Assembly: GCA_044220735.1 (NCBI GenBank) | Contig: JBGAQM010000002.1 | Span: 1 to 44,733 of the forward strand | Reading direction: 5' to 3' | Source: Urbifossiella sp. | GTDB lineage: Bacteria; Planctomycetota; Planctomycetia; Gemmatales; Gemmataceae | DNA length: 44,733 bases | In this document: positions 10,334 through 19,178 of the stretch, one piece after another | Layout: every line of letters begins with the position of its first letter | How positions within the stretch are numbered: the stretch's first letter is position 1 | Program-made: the position numbers and the translations under genes | The notes under the pieces: generated by a model | Told to the model about the DNA's origin: nothing | What the model saw: only the letters and a program-made list of their open reading frames with translations | The model's database searches: none

Positions 10334-10542
10334 TGGATCGTTTCGGATCTACCGCGTCGCCGGACTCAGGCCCGGCCTCAATCCCCATTTCAACCCCCCG
10401 GGCGAGCATCCGGTGAGCTAGATTACAGTACTCACCGATCCGCCCGCCCGAGGTTGACGTGCCCGGCACACGCGATTCGACGGACTCAACTCTCCCCGCC
10501 TGCCCCCGTGCCAATCCCTCCGTCTGATCCGAGTGGTCGCCC

Positions 10543-12237
10543 GTGCCAGCAACTGAACCGTCAGTAACGACCGACCGCCGCGCCGGCGAGGAGCCGGTTC
10601 CCGGCTACGTCCTCGTCGAACCGCTGGGCCGCGGCGGGTTCGGCGAGGTGTGGAAGTGCGTCGCCCCCGGCGGGCTCCACAAGGCCGTGAAGTTCGTGCC
10701 CGGCGGCGGCGACCAACTCCGCCAGGAGGCCGCGGCGTTCGAGCGCGTCCGCGCCCTCCGGCACGCCTTCCTACTGTCGCTGGAGCGGGTCGAACTCGTC
10801 CACGGCGACCTGGTCATGGTGATGGAACTGGCCGACGCCCAGCTCCAGGACCGGTTCGACGAGTGCCGCCGGGAGGGGCGGCGCGGCATCCCGCGAGACG
10901 AGCTCCTGCGCTACCTCGCGGACGCGGCCGAGGCGCTCGACGTGATCACGGCGCGGTACGGACTCCAGCACCTCGACGTGAAGCCGGCCAACCTGTTCCT
11001 GATCGACGGGCACGTCAAGGTTGGCGACTACGGGCTCGTGCGGGCCCTGGGGGCGGGCCACACGGGGGCTGGCCTGACGCCGAAGTACGCCGCGCCCGAG
11101 GTCCTGCGGGGGAACGCCGACGCCCGATCCGACCAGTACAGCCTCGCGCTCGTGTACCACGAACTCCTGACGGGGGCGTTCCCGTTCCCCGGCCGGACGG
11201 CGCAGCAGTTGATGCTCCAGCACGTGAGCGCCGAGCCCGACCTGTCGCCACTTCCCGCGACCGACCGCGCGGCCGTGGCACGCGCACTCGCGAAGGTGGC
11301 GGCCGACCGGTTCCCCAGTTGCTCCGACTTCGTGCGGGCGGTGGCCTTCGCCGGGGGCGGGAACCCCGGGTCGGGACTCCTGTCGTTTCCCATGCCCGCT
11401 CCCGAGCCCCGGGCGAGTGCTGAGACGCGCACGGCCCCCGTCGGCACGATCGTGGAGCACCGGCCGGCGGTCGCGCCCCCGGTCGCCACGCCCGCGCCGG
11501 CCAACCTGCCGGTCGTGGCATTCGTCCCGCGGTTGCGCCCGCGGCCGGCTCTCGCCGGCGACCTGACCCCTGCCGAGTTCGTCGAGACGGTCGTGGCGGC
11601 AGCGCGGTCCGAGGCCGGGGCGGACGAGGTGCCCGCGGACGGGACGCGGTCGTGTCGGTTCCTGTGTACGATCTCGGCGTCGATGCTCCCGCCGAAGCTC
11701 ACTGGCGTGGCCCGGCAATTCGGGATGACGGTCGAGGAGTGGGACTCGGGGGCGGTCTTGCGCCGCCCGGTCGGGGGGCGGTCGTTCTCCGCCCCGGCGC
11801 CGGGCGAACTGTGGGTACTGATCCAGCGCGCGGCTCCCGGGCCCGAAACGGTCGCCACCGCGGGGCTAGCCGGTGACATCCCGGCGGCCGACCAACGGAG
11901 TTTGGAGGCCGCCTTGCCCGGGGTGCTGGCGGGGGTGCGCGGGGCGGTCGAGAACCTGCGCGAACGCCGGAGTCACCCGCGATACGCGGCGGGCCTCCCG
12001 GTCCGACTTCACCCGGTCGGCGACGACGGGACGGTGGGCGCCGCCGAGGACGGCGTGTGCGAGGACGTGTCCGCAGGCGGCGTGCGCGTCCTGACCCGCG
12101 CGGCCACGCCGGTGCGCAAAGTCTACCTGGAGTTTCGCAGTATCGAGGGCGTCGCCGGGAACGCCCTGCTCGCGAAGGTCGTCCGCTCGGAGTCCGGTCC
12201 CGGCGGCCACGTCGTCGCGTGCCGGTTCGACTGCTAG
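10543..12237 (+). CDS. Ser/Thr protein kinase with C-terminal PilZ domain
   Basis: Kinase motifs GRGGFGEVW, AVK, HLDVKPANL, DYG, TPKYAAPE, SDQYSLA, then a Pro/Ala linker. C-terminal ERRSHPR (RxxxR, from ~11962) and EDVSAGG (DxSxxG, ~12064) match the PilZ signature. Confidence 0.88.
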   Translation: MPATEPSVTTDRRAGEEPVPGYVLVEPLGRGGFGEVWKCVAPGGLHKAVKFVPGGGDQLRQEAAAFERVRALRHAFLLSLERVELVHGDLVMVMELADAQLQDRFDECRREGRRGIPRDELLRYLADAAEALDVITARYGLQHLDVKPANLFLIDGHVKVGDYGLVRALGAGHTGAGLTPKYAAPEVLRGNADARSDQYSLALVYHELLTGAFPFPGRTAQQLMLQHVSAEPDLSPLPATDRAAVARALAKVAADRFPSCSDFVRAVAFAGGGNPGSGLLSFPMPAPEPRASAETRTAPVGTIVEHRPAVAPPVATPAPANLPVVAFVPRLRPRPALAGDLTPAEFVETVVAAARSEAGADEVPADGTRSCRFLCTISASMLPPKLTGVARQFGMTVEEWDSGAVLRRPVGGRSFSAPAPGELWVLIQRAAPGPETVATAGLAGDIPAADQRSLEAALPGVLAGVRGAVENLRERRSHPRYAAGLPVRLHPVGDDGTVGAAEDGVCEDVSAGGVRVLTRAATPVRKVYLEFRSIEGVAGNALLAKVVRSESGPGGHVVACRFDC

Positions 12238-12255
12238 CGAGAGGTCGTCGCGGTC

Positions 12256-12292
12256 ACGCCCACCCGTTGCAGCGGGTGGGCGTTTTGCGTTT
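12256..12292 (+). terminator. Probable intrinsic terminator after the kinase-PilZ gene
   Basis: acgcccacccg-ttgcag-cgggtgggcgt is an 11-bp stem followed by tttgcgttt, starting 19 nt after the TAG. Confidence 0.7.
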
Positions 12293-12350
12293 AACAGCCC
12301 TGCGGCATCGGCCGCGACCCAGGCTTCTCCACCCCATCGCCGGGTCCGAC

Positions 12351-14504
12351 ATGCGATCCACGCACACCCGCACGGCCCTCGCGCTCGCCGTCACCCTCTT
12401 CGTGGCATGGGCCGGGCCGACCCAGCCGCCGGCCCCGGACGTCCTCCTCGCCGACTTCGAGGGCGACACCTACGGCCACTGGACCGCGACCGGCTCCGCA
12501 TTCGGCGACCGGCCGGCGGCCGGCACGCTGCCGGGGCAGATGCCTGTGAGCGGGTTCCGCGGTAAGGGGCTCGTCAACACGTTCCGCGGCGGCGACAAGA
12601 GCACCGGCACTCTCACGTCGCCGGAGTTCTCCGTCGAGCGGAACTTCGTCTCGTTCCTGATCGGTGGCGGGGGGTACGCGGGGAAGACGTGCCTGAACCT
12701 CCAGATCGACGGCAAGACCGTCCGCACCGCGACCGGGCCCAACGTGAACCCCGGCGGCAGCGAAGAACTCGCCCCCGCGTTCTGGGACGTGACCGAGTTC
12801 CGCGGCAAGACGGCCCGCCTCGTCGTCGTGGACGACGCCACCGGCGGGTGGGGGCACGTCAACGTCGATCACATCGTCCTGACCGACGCCCGGCCCGCGG
12901 TCCCGGCCCCCGCGACACGCGACATCGTGCTGACGCGACAATACTTGCACCTCCCGGTCCGCACGGGGGAGGGGAAGCCGGGCAAGACCGCACGCGTGGC
13001 CCTCGACGTGGACGGCAAGACCGTCCGCGAGTTCGACATCGAACTCAGCGACCAGCCGACGTGGTTCGCGCACCTCGACGTCGGCGCGTGGACGGGGAGG
13101 ACGGCGACGCTTCGGGCGGACAAACTCCCGCCGGGCGGCGCGGCGCTGAAGCTGGTGACGCAGGCGGACACGATCTGGGACGCCGACAAGGTGTACCGCG
13201 AACCGCTGCGGCCGCTCGTCCACTTCTCGTCGCGCCGCGGCTGGCTGAACGACCCGAACGGGCTCGTGTTCGCCGGCGGCGAGTACCACCTGTTCTACCA
13301 GCACAACCCCTACGGGTGGCACTGGGGGAACATGCACTGGGGCCACGCCGTCAGCCGCGACCTGGTGCGCTGGGAGGAGCGGCCGATCGCCCTGTACCCG
13401 CCGCGGCACGGCGACTGGGCCTTCAGCGGCAGCGCCGTGGTGGACCGCGACAACACAGCCGGGTGGATGACGGGCACGAACGACGTGCTCGTCGCGGCGT
13501 ACACCAGTACCGGCCGCGGCGAGTGCGTCGTCTACTCGAACGACCACGGTCGCACCTGGACGGAGTTCGACGGCAACCCGGTCGTCAAACACACCGGCCG
13601 CGACCCGCGGCTCGTCTGGCACGCCCCGACGCGGCAGTGGGTGATGGCCGTGTACACCGAGGCCGACGGGAAGCGATGGATCGCGTTCCACACGTCACCG
13701 GACCTGAAGACGTGGACGTACCGCAGCCGGATCGAGGGCTTCTTCGAGTGCCCCGACCTGTTCGAACTGCCGCTCGATGGCAAGTCCGACGTGCGGAAGT
13801 GGGTGCTGACCGCGGCCGACAGTAACTACGTCGTTGGCACGTTCGACGGCCGCGAGTTCAAGCCCGAGACGCCGCGACTGACGGGGAGCCGCGGCGTCGG
13901 GTTCTACGCGGCGCAGACGATCAGCCACGACCCGAAGGGTCGAGTGATTCAGATCGGCTGGCTGCAGGCGCCGTCGCCCGGTGCGCCGTTCAACCAGGCG
14001 ATGAGTTTGCCGCTCCAGTTAATGTTGACTGCGACGCCGAACGGCCCGCGGCTGTCGTGGACGCCGGTCGAGGAACTGACGGCGATGCGAGACAAGACGC
14101 ACCGGTTCCCGCACCGCGACGTGGGGCCCGGAACCGACCCGCTGACCGGGATCACGGCCGACGCCCTGGAACTGGAGGCGGTGGTCGATCCGAAACAGGC
14201 GGCGCGGGTCGAATTTCGGGTCCGCGGGGTCGCCATCGGGTACGACGTGGCGAAGCAAGAACTGACGGTCGGCAAGCAGCGGGTGCCGACGCCGCTCCGC
14301 GGGGGGAAGCTGAAGGTACGGGCGTTCGTCGACCGAACCTGTGCCGAAGTGTTCGCGGCCGACGGCCTCGTGTACGTGCCACTCCCGCTGATCTCCCCCG
14401 TTGACGACCGTGGGGCGTCGCTCGCGGTCCGAGACGGGGTCGCCCATTTCGAGGAGCTCAGCATCCATGAACTCCGGTCGATCTGGGAGCCGAGGGAACG
14501 CTAA
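12351..14504 (+). CDS. Glycoside hydrolase family 32 (levanase / beta-fructofuranosidase-like), exported
   Basis: Catalytic motifs WLNDPNG, YHLFYQHNPY, MHWGHAVS.DL, FSGSAVVD, RDP, FECPDLF, FYAAQT; C-terminal beta-sandwich (FVDRTCAEVF). Signal-like N-terminus MRSTHTRTALALAVTLFVAWA from ATG 12351, followed by an accessory module (DFEG..Y..W..TG.AFG...TGTLTSPEF). Confidence 0.92.
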   Translation: MRSTHTRTALALAVTLFVAWAGPTQPPAPDVLLADFEGDTYGHWTATGSAFGDRPAAGTLPGQMPVSGFRGKGLVNTFRGGDKSTGTLTSPEFSVERNFVSFLIGGGGYAGKTCLNLQIDGKTVRTATGPNVNPGGSEELAPAFWDVTEFRGKTARLVVVDDATGGWGHVNVDHIVLTDARPAVPAPATRDIVLTRQYLHLPVRTGEGKPGKTARVALDVDGKTVREFDIELSDQPTWFAHLDVGAWTGRTATLRADKLPPGGAALKLVTQADTIWDADKVYREPLRPLVHFSSRRGWLNDPNGLVFAGGEYHLFYQHNPYGWHWGNMHWGHAVSRDLVRWEERPIALYPPRHGDWAFSGSAVVDRDNTAGWMTGTNDVLVAAYTSTGRGECVVYSNDHGRTWTEFDGNPVVKHTGRDPRLVWHAPTRQWVMAVYTEADGKRWIAFHTSPDLKTWTYRSRIEGFFECPDLFELPLDGKSDVRKWVLTAADSNYVVGTFDGREFKPETPRLTGSRGVGFYAAQTISHDPKGRVIQIGWLQAPSPGAPFNQAMSLPLQLMLTATPNGPRLSWTPVEELTAMRDKTHRFPHRDVGPGTDPLTGITADALELEAVVDPKQAARVEFRVRGVAIGYDVAKQELTVGKQRVPTPLRGGKLKVRAFVDRTCAEVFAADGLVYVPLPLISPVDDRGASLAVRDGVAHFEELSIHELRSIWEPRER

Positions 14505-14894
14505 ACGGCTCCGATTCAAGCCCGCTCGTGGGAATGTGCAGCCGCCGATCGCGGCGTGGTTGCAGGTGGAATAAATCCACCTGTCGGGAAAGTGTCGGAT
14601 TCTCCGGCACCCTTTCAGTCGAGAGGTGTTGCTCCGGAGCGGTCGTTAATTGATTTCTCACCCCAGGCTCGCTACCTTCTCCAATCACACTGACTGCTAC
14701 AGCTCCCGCCGCCCCGCACCTCGATGCTCGGCGGTCACCGGTGCGTGCGGTCGGTGACCCCTCCCGATCGCGGCGCCTTACTCGCAGCCCCGTGATCCGC
14801 CCGCACGTCACCCGCCTTTCGGCGGGATCCGGCCGCACGTACCCGGCCGGCGTAGCTGATTCGGGAACGGTAATCTCCCCACGAGCCAGCGCCC
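14505..14894 (+). promoter_or_regulatory. 390-nt intergenic/leader region of the giant gene with several inverted and direct repeats
   Basis: Inverted repeats: caggtgga-ataaa-tccacctg (14563-14583), gtgtcgga-ttc-tccggcac, ggtcaccg...cggtgacc (14733-14759), cccgcc-tttc-ggcggg (14811-14826). Imperfect direct repeat at 14794-14816 and 14826-14848. AT-richer patch gttaattgattt at ~14644-14655. Confidence 0.45.
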
Positions 14895-17800
14895 ATGCCC
14901 CCGTTTCAGGAATGGCTGCGGAAAGTGTTCGGTCCGCGCGCCCGCGCCGGCCGCCTCAAGGGGCGGACCGACCGCCCCGCGCTCGGGCACGAGGTGCTCG
15001 AAGACCGGACGCTGTTCGCCACCCGCGTCTGGGCGGGGCTCGGGTCCGACGGCCTCTGGAGTACGCCGGCGAACTGGACGGGGAACGTCGCCCCCCAACC
15101 GGACGACAACCTCGTCTTCCCCGCCGGCGCCGGCCGGCTGACCAACACCAACGACTACGCCGCCGACACCCGTTTCCGGTCGGTCACCATCTCGGCCGCC
15201 GGCTACGCCATCGGCGAGCAGGCCCCGGGCGCCAACCGCGTCGTCCTCCTCGACGGCGTCGTCTACCCCGCCGCGCTCGGCAACGCCGCGTTCAACGTTC
15301 CCGTCGCGCTCGGGGCGAATCAGACGTTCTTCGCCGCCAACGCGGGCGCCACGCTCACCCTCGGCGCCATCGACCTCGCGTCACTCCAGACGCTCAGCAT
15401 CGACGGCCGCGGCGACCTGGTCGCCGGCGGCGCCGTGACCGGCACCGGTGGCATCACCAAGCTCGGCGACGGCGTCCTCGCACTGGCCGGCGCGAACACG
15501 TTCGAGGGGATCGTCAACGTTACGCAGGGGAGCATCAGCCTCCGCTCCGACACCGCCCTCGGCTCGACCGTCGGCGGCACCATCGCCGGCCTCGGCACGT
15601 CGATCCTGCTCGACGGCGGCGTCACCGTGCCCGAGAACCTCGTGGTCCGTGACGTCGGCCGCGGTTTCGACCTTAGTGCGCTCGGGGCCGTCCGCAGCGT
15701 GTCGGGCACGAACCGACTGACCGGCACGATCGCGATGAACAACCACGGCAGCTTCGGCGCCGACGCCGGCAGCACGCTGATCGTCTCGGGCGCGGTCATG
15801 GTCGAGCCCAACGTGAGCGACGGCGGCCTCACCAAGTTCGGCTCGGGCACCGTCGAACTCGCCGGCAGCACGGACAACGTCATCACCGGCACGGTGACCG
15901 TGGTCCAGGGGACGCTGCGCCTCAACAAGGACCGCAGCGGGCCGGCGACGCCGCTCGCGTTCAACGCCGCCCTGATCGTCGGGGACAACCGCGACGGCGT
16001 GGCGGCGGCGGACGCCGCGCGAGTTGAACTGGGCGCCCGCGACCAGATCCCCGAGCTCAACTTCAACCGCACCGGTGTCAACTTGGTGACCGTCAACAGT
16101 ACGGGCACCCTCGACCTGAACGGGTTCGACGACCAGGTCGGCAGCCTGACGCTGCTGGTCGGGCGCAGCTCGGCCGCGAAGGTGATCACCGGTGCCGGTA
16201 CGCTGTCGACGCTGGGCGACATCACGACCAACACCTTCCAGGGGAGCAGCGGTGCGAGCCCCGCGGCGCGGATCAGCGGCAACCTGAACCTCGGCAGCTT
16301 CTTCTCCGGGGCCGGCGGCGTCGCCACGCGCACCATCGCCGTCAACGACACCGCCCTCTTCAGCCTCAACCCCGACCTCGTCATCGACGCCAACATCAGC
16401 GGCGGGCCGCAGGTGTCGCTGTCGAAGACCGGCGCCGGCACCCTGATGTTGAGCGGGAATAACACCTACCAGGGGGCGACCCGACTCACCGCCGGCGTCA
16501 CCGACATCGGCCGCGACGGCGCGTTCGGCAACAGTTCGATGGTCGCCGTGTCCGGCGGCTTCTTGCGCGCCGTCGATCCCGCCGGCAACCCCGCCGCACG
16601 AACGACTCCCGGCACCATCCCGTGGGAGTTCGACGCCGACTTCGGCATTTACGGCAGCGGCGCCCTCACGATCGGCGGGCCGGTCACGCTCACGGCCACG
16701 CGCACCATCACCACCTTCGACCCGGCCCAGGTGACGACTCTGGCCGCCGGCATCGGCGAGGGGCTGTTCCCCGGCGCCGGCCTGAACAAGCGCGGCCGCG
16801 GCGAACTGAACATCGCCGGCCCCGCGACGTTCACGGGAACGCTGGGCATCGGCACGAATAACAGCACGGCCGACGGCGGCACCCTTCGACTTTCCGGGCC
16901 GGCGGGGGCGCTGACGCGGAGCCTGAACACCATCCTCGTCGGCGTGAACAGCAGCCTGGTCCTCGACGCCGCCGCGGGGAACAACGCCGACCGCCTGCCG
17001 GACGCGGCGCCGATCGACCTGTACGGCACCCTCCGCCTGATCGGCAACGCCGGCGGCACGACCGAGACGGTCGGCCTGGTCCGGCCGCAAGGCGGGGTCA
17101 CCAGCACGATCGCGTCGGATACGACCGGGGCCGGGAGTAACCGCCTCGTCCTCGGCAGCCTGGGGGCGACCGCCACGAACGCGGCGGTCACGTTCGCGGC
17201 GGGCGGCACGCCGCTGAGCGAGGCCGGGCAGAACCAGATCAACGTGCTTCAGGCCCCGACGAACATGCCGGTGACGAACAACGTCATCGCCAACGCGGTG
17301 GTCCTGAACCCGGACGGCAGCGCCGACTTCGCCACCGTCACGACCGGCGTCGTCGGCCGGGCGATCACCGCGCTGCCGGCCGCCGGCTACGTCACCAGCT
17401 TCGACGCCGCCAACCCGACCAGTAACGTCAAGATCACGTCCGGCACCGTGACGCTGGACCGCTCGCGCACGGTGAACGCGCTGATCCTCGGGCCGGGCGT
17501 CACGGTCAACGGCGTGGACTCGACCGGCCAGCTGACCGTCGCCACCGGGCCGGTGGTGCTGTCGGCCGGGAGCCGGCTGGCGGTGCCGTTCCTGTCGATG
17601 ACGCCGAACGCCGCTGCGTCGTCGGCGAACCCGTTCTTCCTGGTCGCGCCCTCGGGCGCCGCGGTCCTTTCCAGTTCGATCGCCGGCACCACGGGCGGGA
17701 CGCTCACCAAGGGCGGGCTCGGCAACCTGATCCTGGAGGGGGCCAACCAGTTCACCAGTTCCGTCATCGTCGGCCAGGGCGTTCTGACCGTGCGGAATTC

Positions 17801-19178
17801 GATGGCACTCGGCTCGGCGTCGGCCGGCACGGCGGTCAACCTGGGCGGCCAACTCCTCCTCGACGGCAGCTTGACCGTCCTCGGCGAGTCGCTGACCGTC
17901 AGCGGCATGGGGCCGAACGCCGGCGCGTACGGCGCGACCATGTCGAGCACCGACGGCGCGCTGGCCGCCACCGGCGGGGCGAGCCAGTGGACCGGGACGG
18001 TGGCGCTCGGCGGCGTCGTCTCCATCGACGCCACCGCCCTGTTCCCGAATGGCGGGTTCACAACGTTCACCGGGTCCGGCGTTGGCGTCGCCCCCGGGGC
18101 GTCGCTGAACGTCTCCGGCCTCGTGTCCGGCGGGGCCGACATCGTCAAGATGGGCGGCGGTCAGTTGGAACTGAGCGGCACACTGGCGAACTCCGTCAGC
18201 CAGGGGCCGCGGATCAAGCAGGGCACGCTGCTGCTGAACAAGCTCCCGGGCGTGGCGGCGGTGTCGATCAACACGGCGACGATCAGCGTCGGCGACGACG
18301 TGCCCGGAAACAGCGCCACCCTCCGCTTCGGCGCCGGCTACCAGTTCGGCGCCGCCAACTTGACGAACGTGCTGACGGTGGCCAGCAACGGGACGGTTGA
18401 CCTGGCCGGCACGCACCAGGCGTTCGGCTCGATGAACCTGGTCGTCGGGCCGGCGGGCGGGGCGGCCGTGACCGTGGGTGCGGGCGGCTCGCTGACCGTG
18501 GCCTCGACCGCAGTACCCCCGTTCGGCAGCGTGACCGTCCACGCCCTCGGCGGCGGCAACCCGACCGGCGCGACCGTCAGCGGCGGCACCCTGGTGCTCG
18601 ACACGTTCAACTCCTCCGGGACCGCCCAGCAGCGCACCTACACCGTCAACGACGCCGCCGCCGGCGTGGACTTCACGATCTCGTCCGCGATCACCGACGG
18701 CACCGGCTACCGGCCGAACGGCATCATCAAGGCCGGGTTCGGCGCGATGCAGTACGACGGCGCCACGGCCAACACCTACACCGGCACGACGACGGTGAAC
18801 GACGGCACGCTGTTGCTGAACAAGTCGCCCGGCGTGCTGGCGATGCGTGGTCCGCCTCCTGGCCGCGAACCAACTCCCCGACTGGCAGGCGCTGGTGACC
18901 GTCAACGGCACCGGCCTCCTCGACCTGAACAACTTCAACGACACGATCGGCACCGCCGACGGGCAGACCGCCCTGAACGTCACCAGCGGCGTCGTCCGCA
19001 CCGGTACCGGTGCCGGCGCCGGCACGCTCACCCTCAACGGCGACCTGGTCACGACCGCCTTGTTCGGCGTCGGCACGCTGCCGGGGACGAACAACGTGCT
19101 CGCCGCGCCCGTCATCGCCGGGAAGCTCAACCTCGGCTCCGGCTACGCCCGCACGATCAACGTCAACGACCGCAATGA
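14895..19178 (+). CDS. Giant beta-helical surface protein, N-terminal part (sense lost after ~18845; last ~110 aa are out-of-frame tail)
   Basis: N-terminal WLRKVF...RPALGHEVLEDRTLFA (planctomycete extracellular LE[PD]RxL[LF] motif), then W.GLG.DG.WS..ANW. PATR / autotransporter-associated beta-strand repeats follow (ITKLGDGVLALAGANTFEG, LSKTGAGTLMLSGNNTYQG, LTKGGLGNLILEGANQF). The G/T/A/V/N-rich sequence turns R/P/H-rich after NKSPGVLAM. Confidence 0.88.
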   Translation: MPPFQEWLRKVFGPRARAGRLKGRTDRPALGHEVLEDRTLFATRVWAGLGSDGLWSTPANWTGNVAPQPDDNLVFPAGAGRLTNTNDYAADTRFRSVTISAAGYAIGEQAPGANRVVLLDGVVYPAALGNAAFNVPVALGANQTFFAANAGATLTLGAIDLASLQTLSIDGRGDLVAGGAVTGTGGITKLGDGVLALAGANTFEGIVNVTQGSISLRSDTALGSTVGGTIAGLGTSILLDGGVTVPENLVVRDVGRGFDLSALGAVRSVSGTNRLTGTIAMNNHGSFGADAGSTLIVSGAVMVEPNVSDGGLTKFGSGTVELAGSTDNVITGTVTVVQGTLRLNKDRSGPATPLAFNAALIVGDNRDGVAAADAARVELGARDQIPELNFNRTGVNLVTVNSTGTLDLNGFDDQVGSLTLLVGRSSAAKVITGAGTLSTLGDITTNTFQGSSGASPAARISGNLNLGSFFSGAGGVATRTIAVNDTALFSLNPDLVIDANISGGPQVSLSKTGAGTLMLSGNNTYQGATRLTAGVTDIGRDGAFGNSSMVAVSGGFLRAVDPAGNPAARTTPGTIPWEFDADFGIYGSGALTIGGPVTLTATRTITTFDPAQVTTLAAGIGEGLFPGAGLNKRGRGELNIAGPATFTGTLGIGTNNSTADGGTLRLSGPAGALTRSLNTILVGVNSSLVLDAAAGNNADRLPDAAPIDLYGTLRLIGNAGGTTETVGLVRPQGGVTSTIASDTTGAGSNRLVLGSLGATATNAAVTFAAGGTPLSEAGQNQINVLQAPTNMPVTNNVIANAVVLNPDGSADFATVTTGVVGRAITALPAAGYVTSFDAANPTSNVKITSGTVTLDRSRTVNALILGPGVTVNGVDSTGQLTVATGPVVLSAGSRLAVPFLSMTPNAAASSANPFFLVAPSGAAVLSSSIAGTTGGTLTKGGLGNLILEGANQFTSSVIVGQGVLTVRNSMALGSASAGTAVNLGGQLLLDGSLTVLGESLTVSGMGPNAGAYGATMSSTDGALAATGGASQWTGTVALGGVVSIDATALFPNGGFTTFTGSGVGVAPGASLNVSGLVSGGADIVKMGGGQLELSGTLANSVSQGPRIKQGTLLLNKLPGVAAVSINTATISVGDDVPGNSATLRFGAGYQFGAANLTNVLTVASNGTVDLAGTHQAFGSMNLVVGPAGGAAVTVGAGGSLTVASTAVPPFGSVTVHALGGGNPTGATVSGGTLVLDTFNSSGTAQQRTYTVNDAAAGVDFTISSAITDGTGYRPNGIIKAGFGAMQYDGATANTYTGTTTVNDGTLLLNKSPGVLAMRGPPPGREPTPRLAGAGDRQRHRPPRPEQLQRHDRHRRRADRPERHQRRRPHRYRCRRRHAHPQRRPGHDRLVRRRHAAGDEQRARRARHRREAQPRLRLRPHDQRQRPQ

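Noticed and set aside
10333-10352. Hairpin gtggatc-gtttcg-gatctac just after the WD40 kinase stop
   Set aside because: Short stem with a G-U pair and no U-tract; not enough to call a terminator.
8107-10416. 769-aa alternative-frame ORF and other ORFs overlapping the kinase, DUF1592 and GH32 genes
   Set aside because: R/G/P-rich low-information translations overlapping well-supported genes; typical of high-GC DNA.
12057-12350. Extended N-terminus of GH32 from the ORF track (likewise 5715-5912 for dusC)
   Set aside because: It overlaps the neighbouring gene and terminator. Family similarity or the signal peptide starts at the later ATG.
15408-15416. RGD integrin-binding tripeptide
   Set aside because: It lies within a beta-strand repeat turn (IDGRGDLV) and is expected by chance in a protein this long.
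18830-18860. Programmed ribosomal frameshift or slipped-strand phase variation at the break
   Set aside because: No slippery heptamer, homopolymer or short tandem repeat, and a block of the repeat is missing, which fits a deletion.
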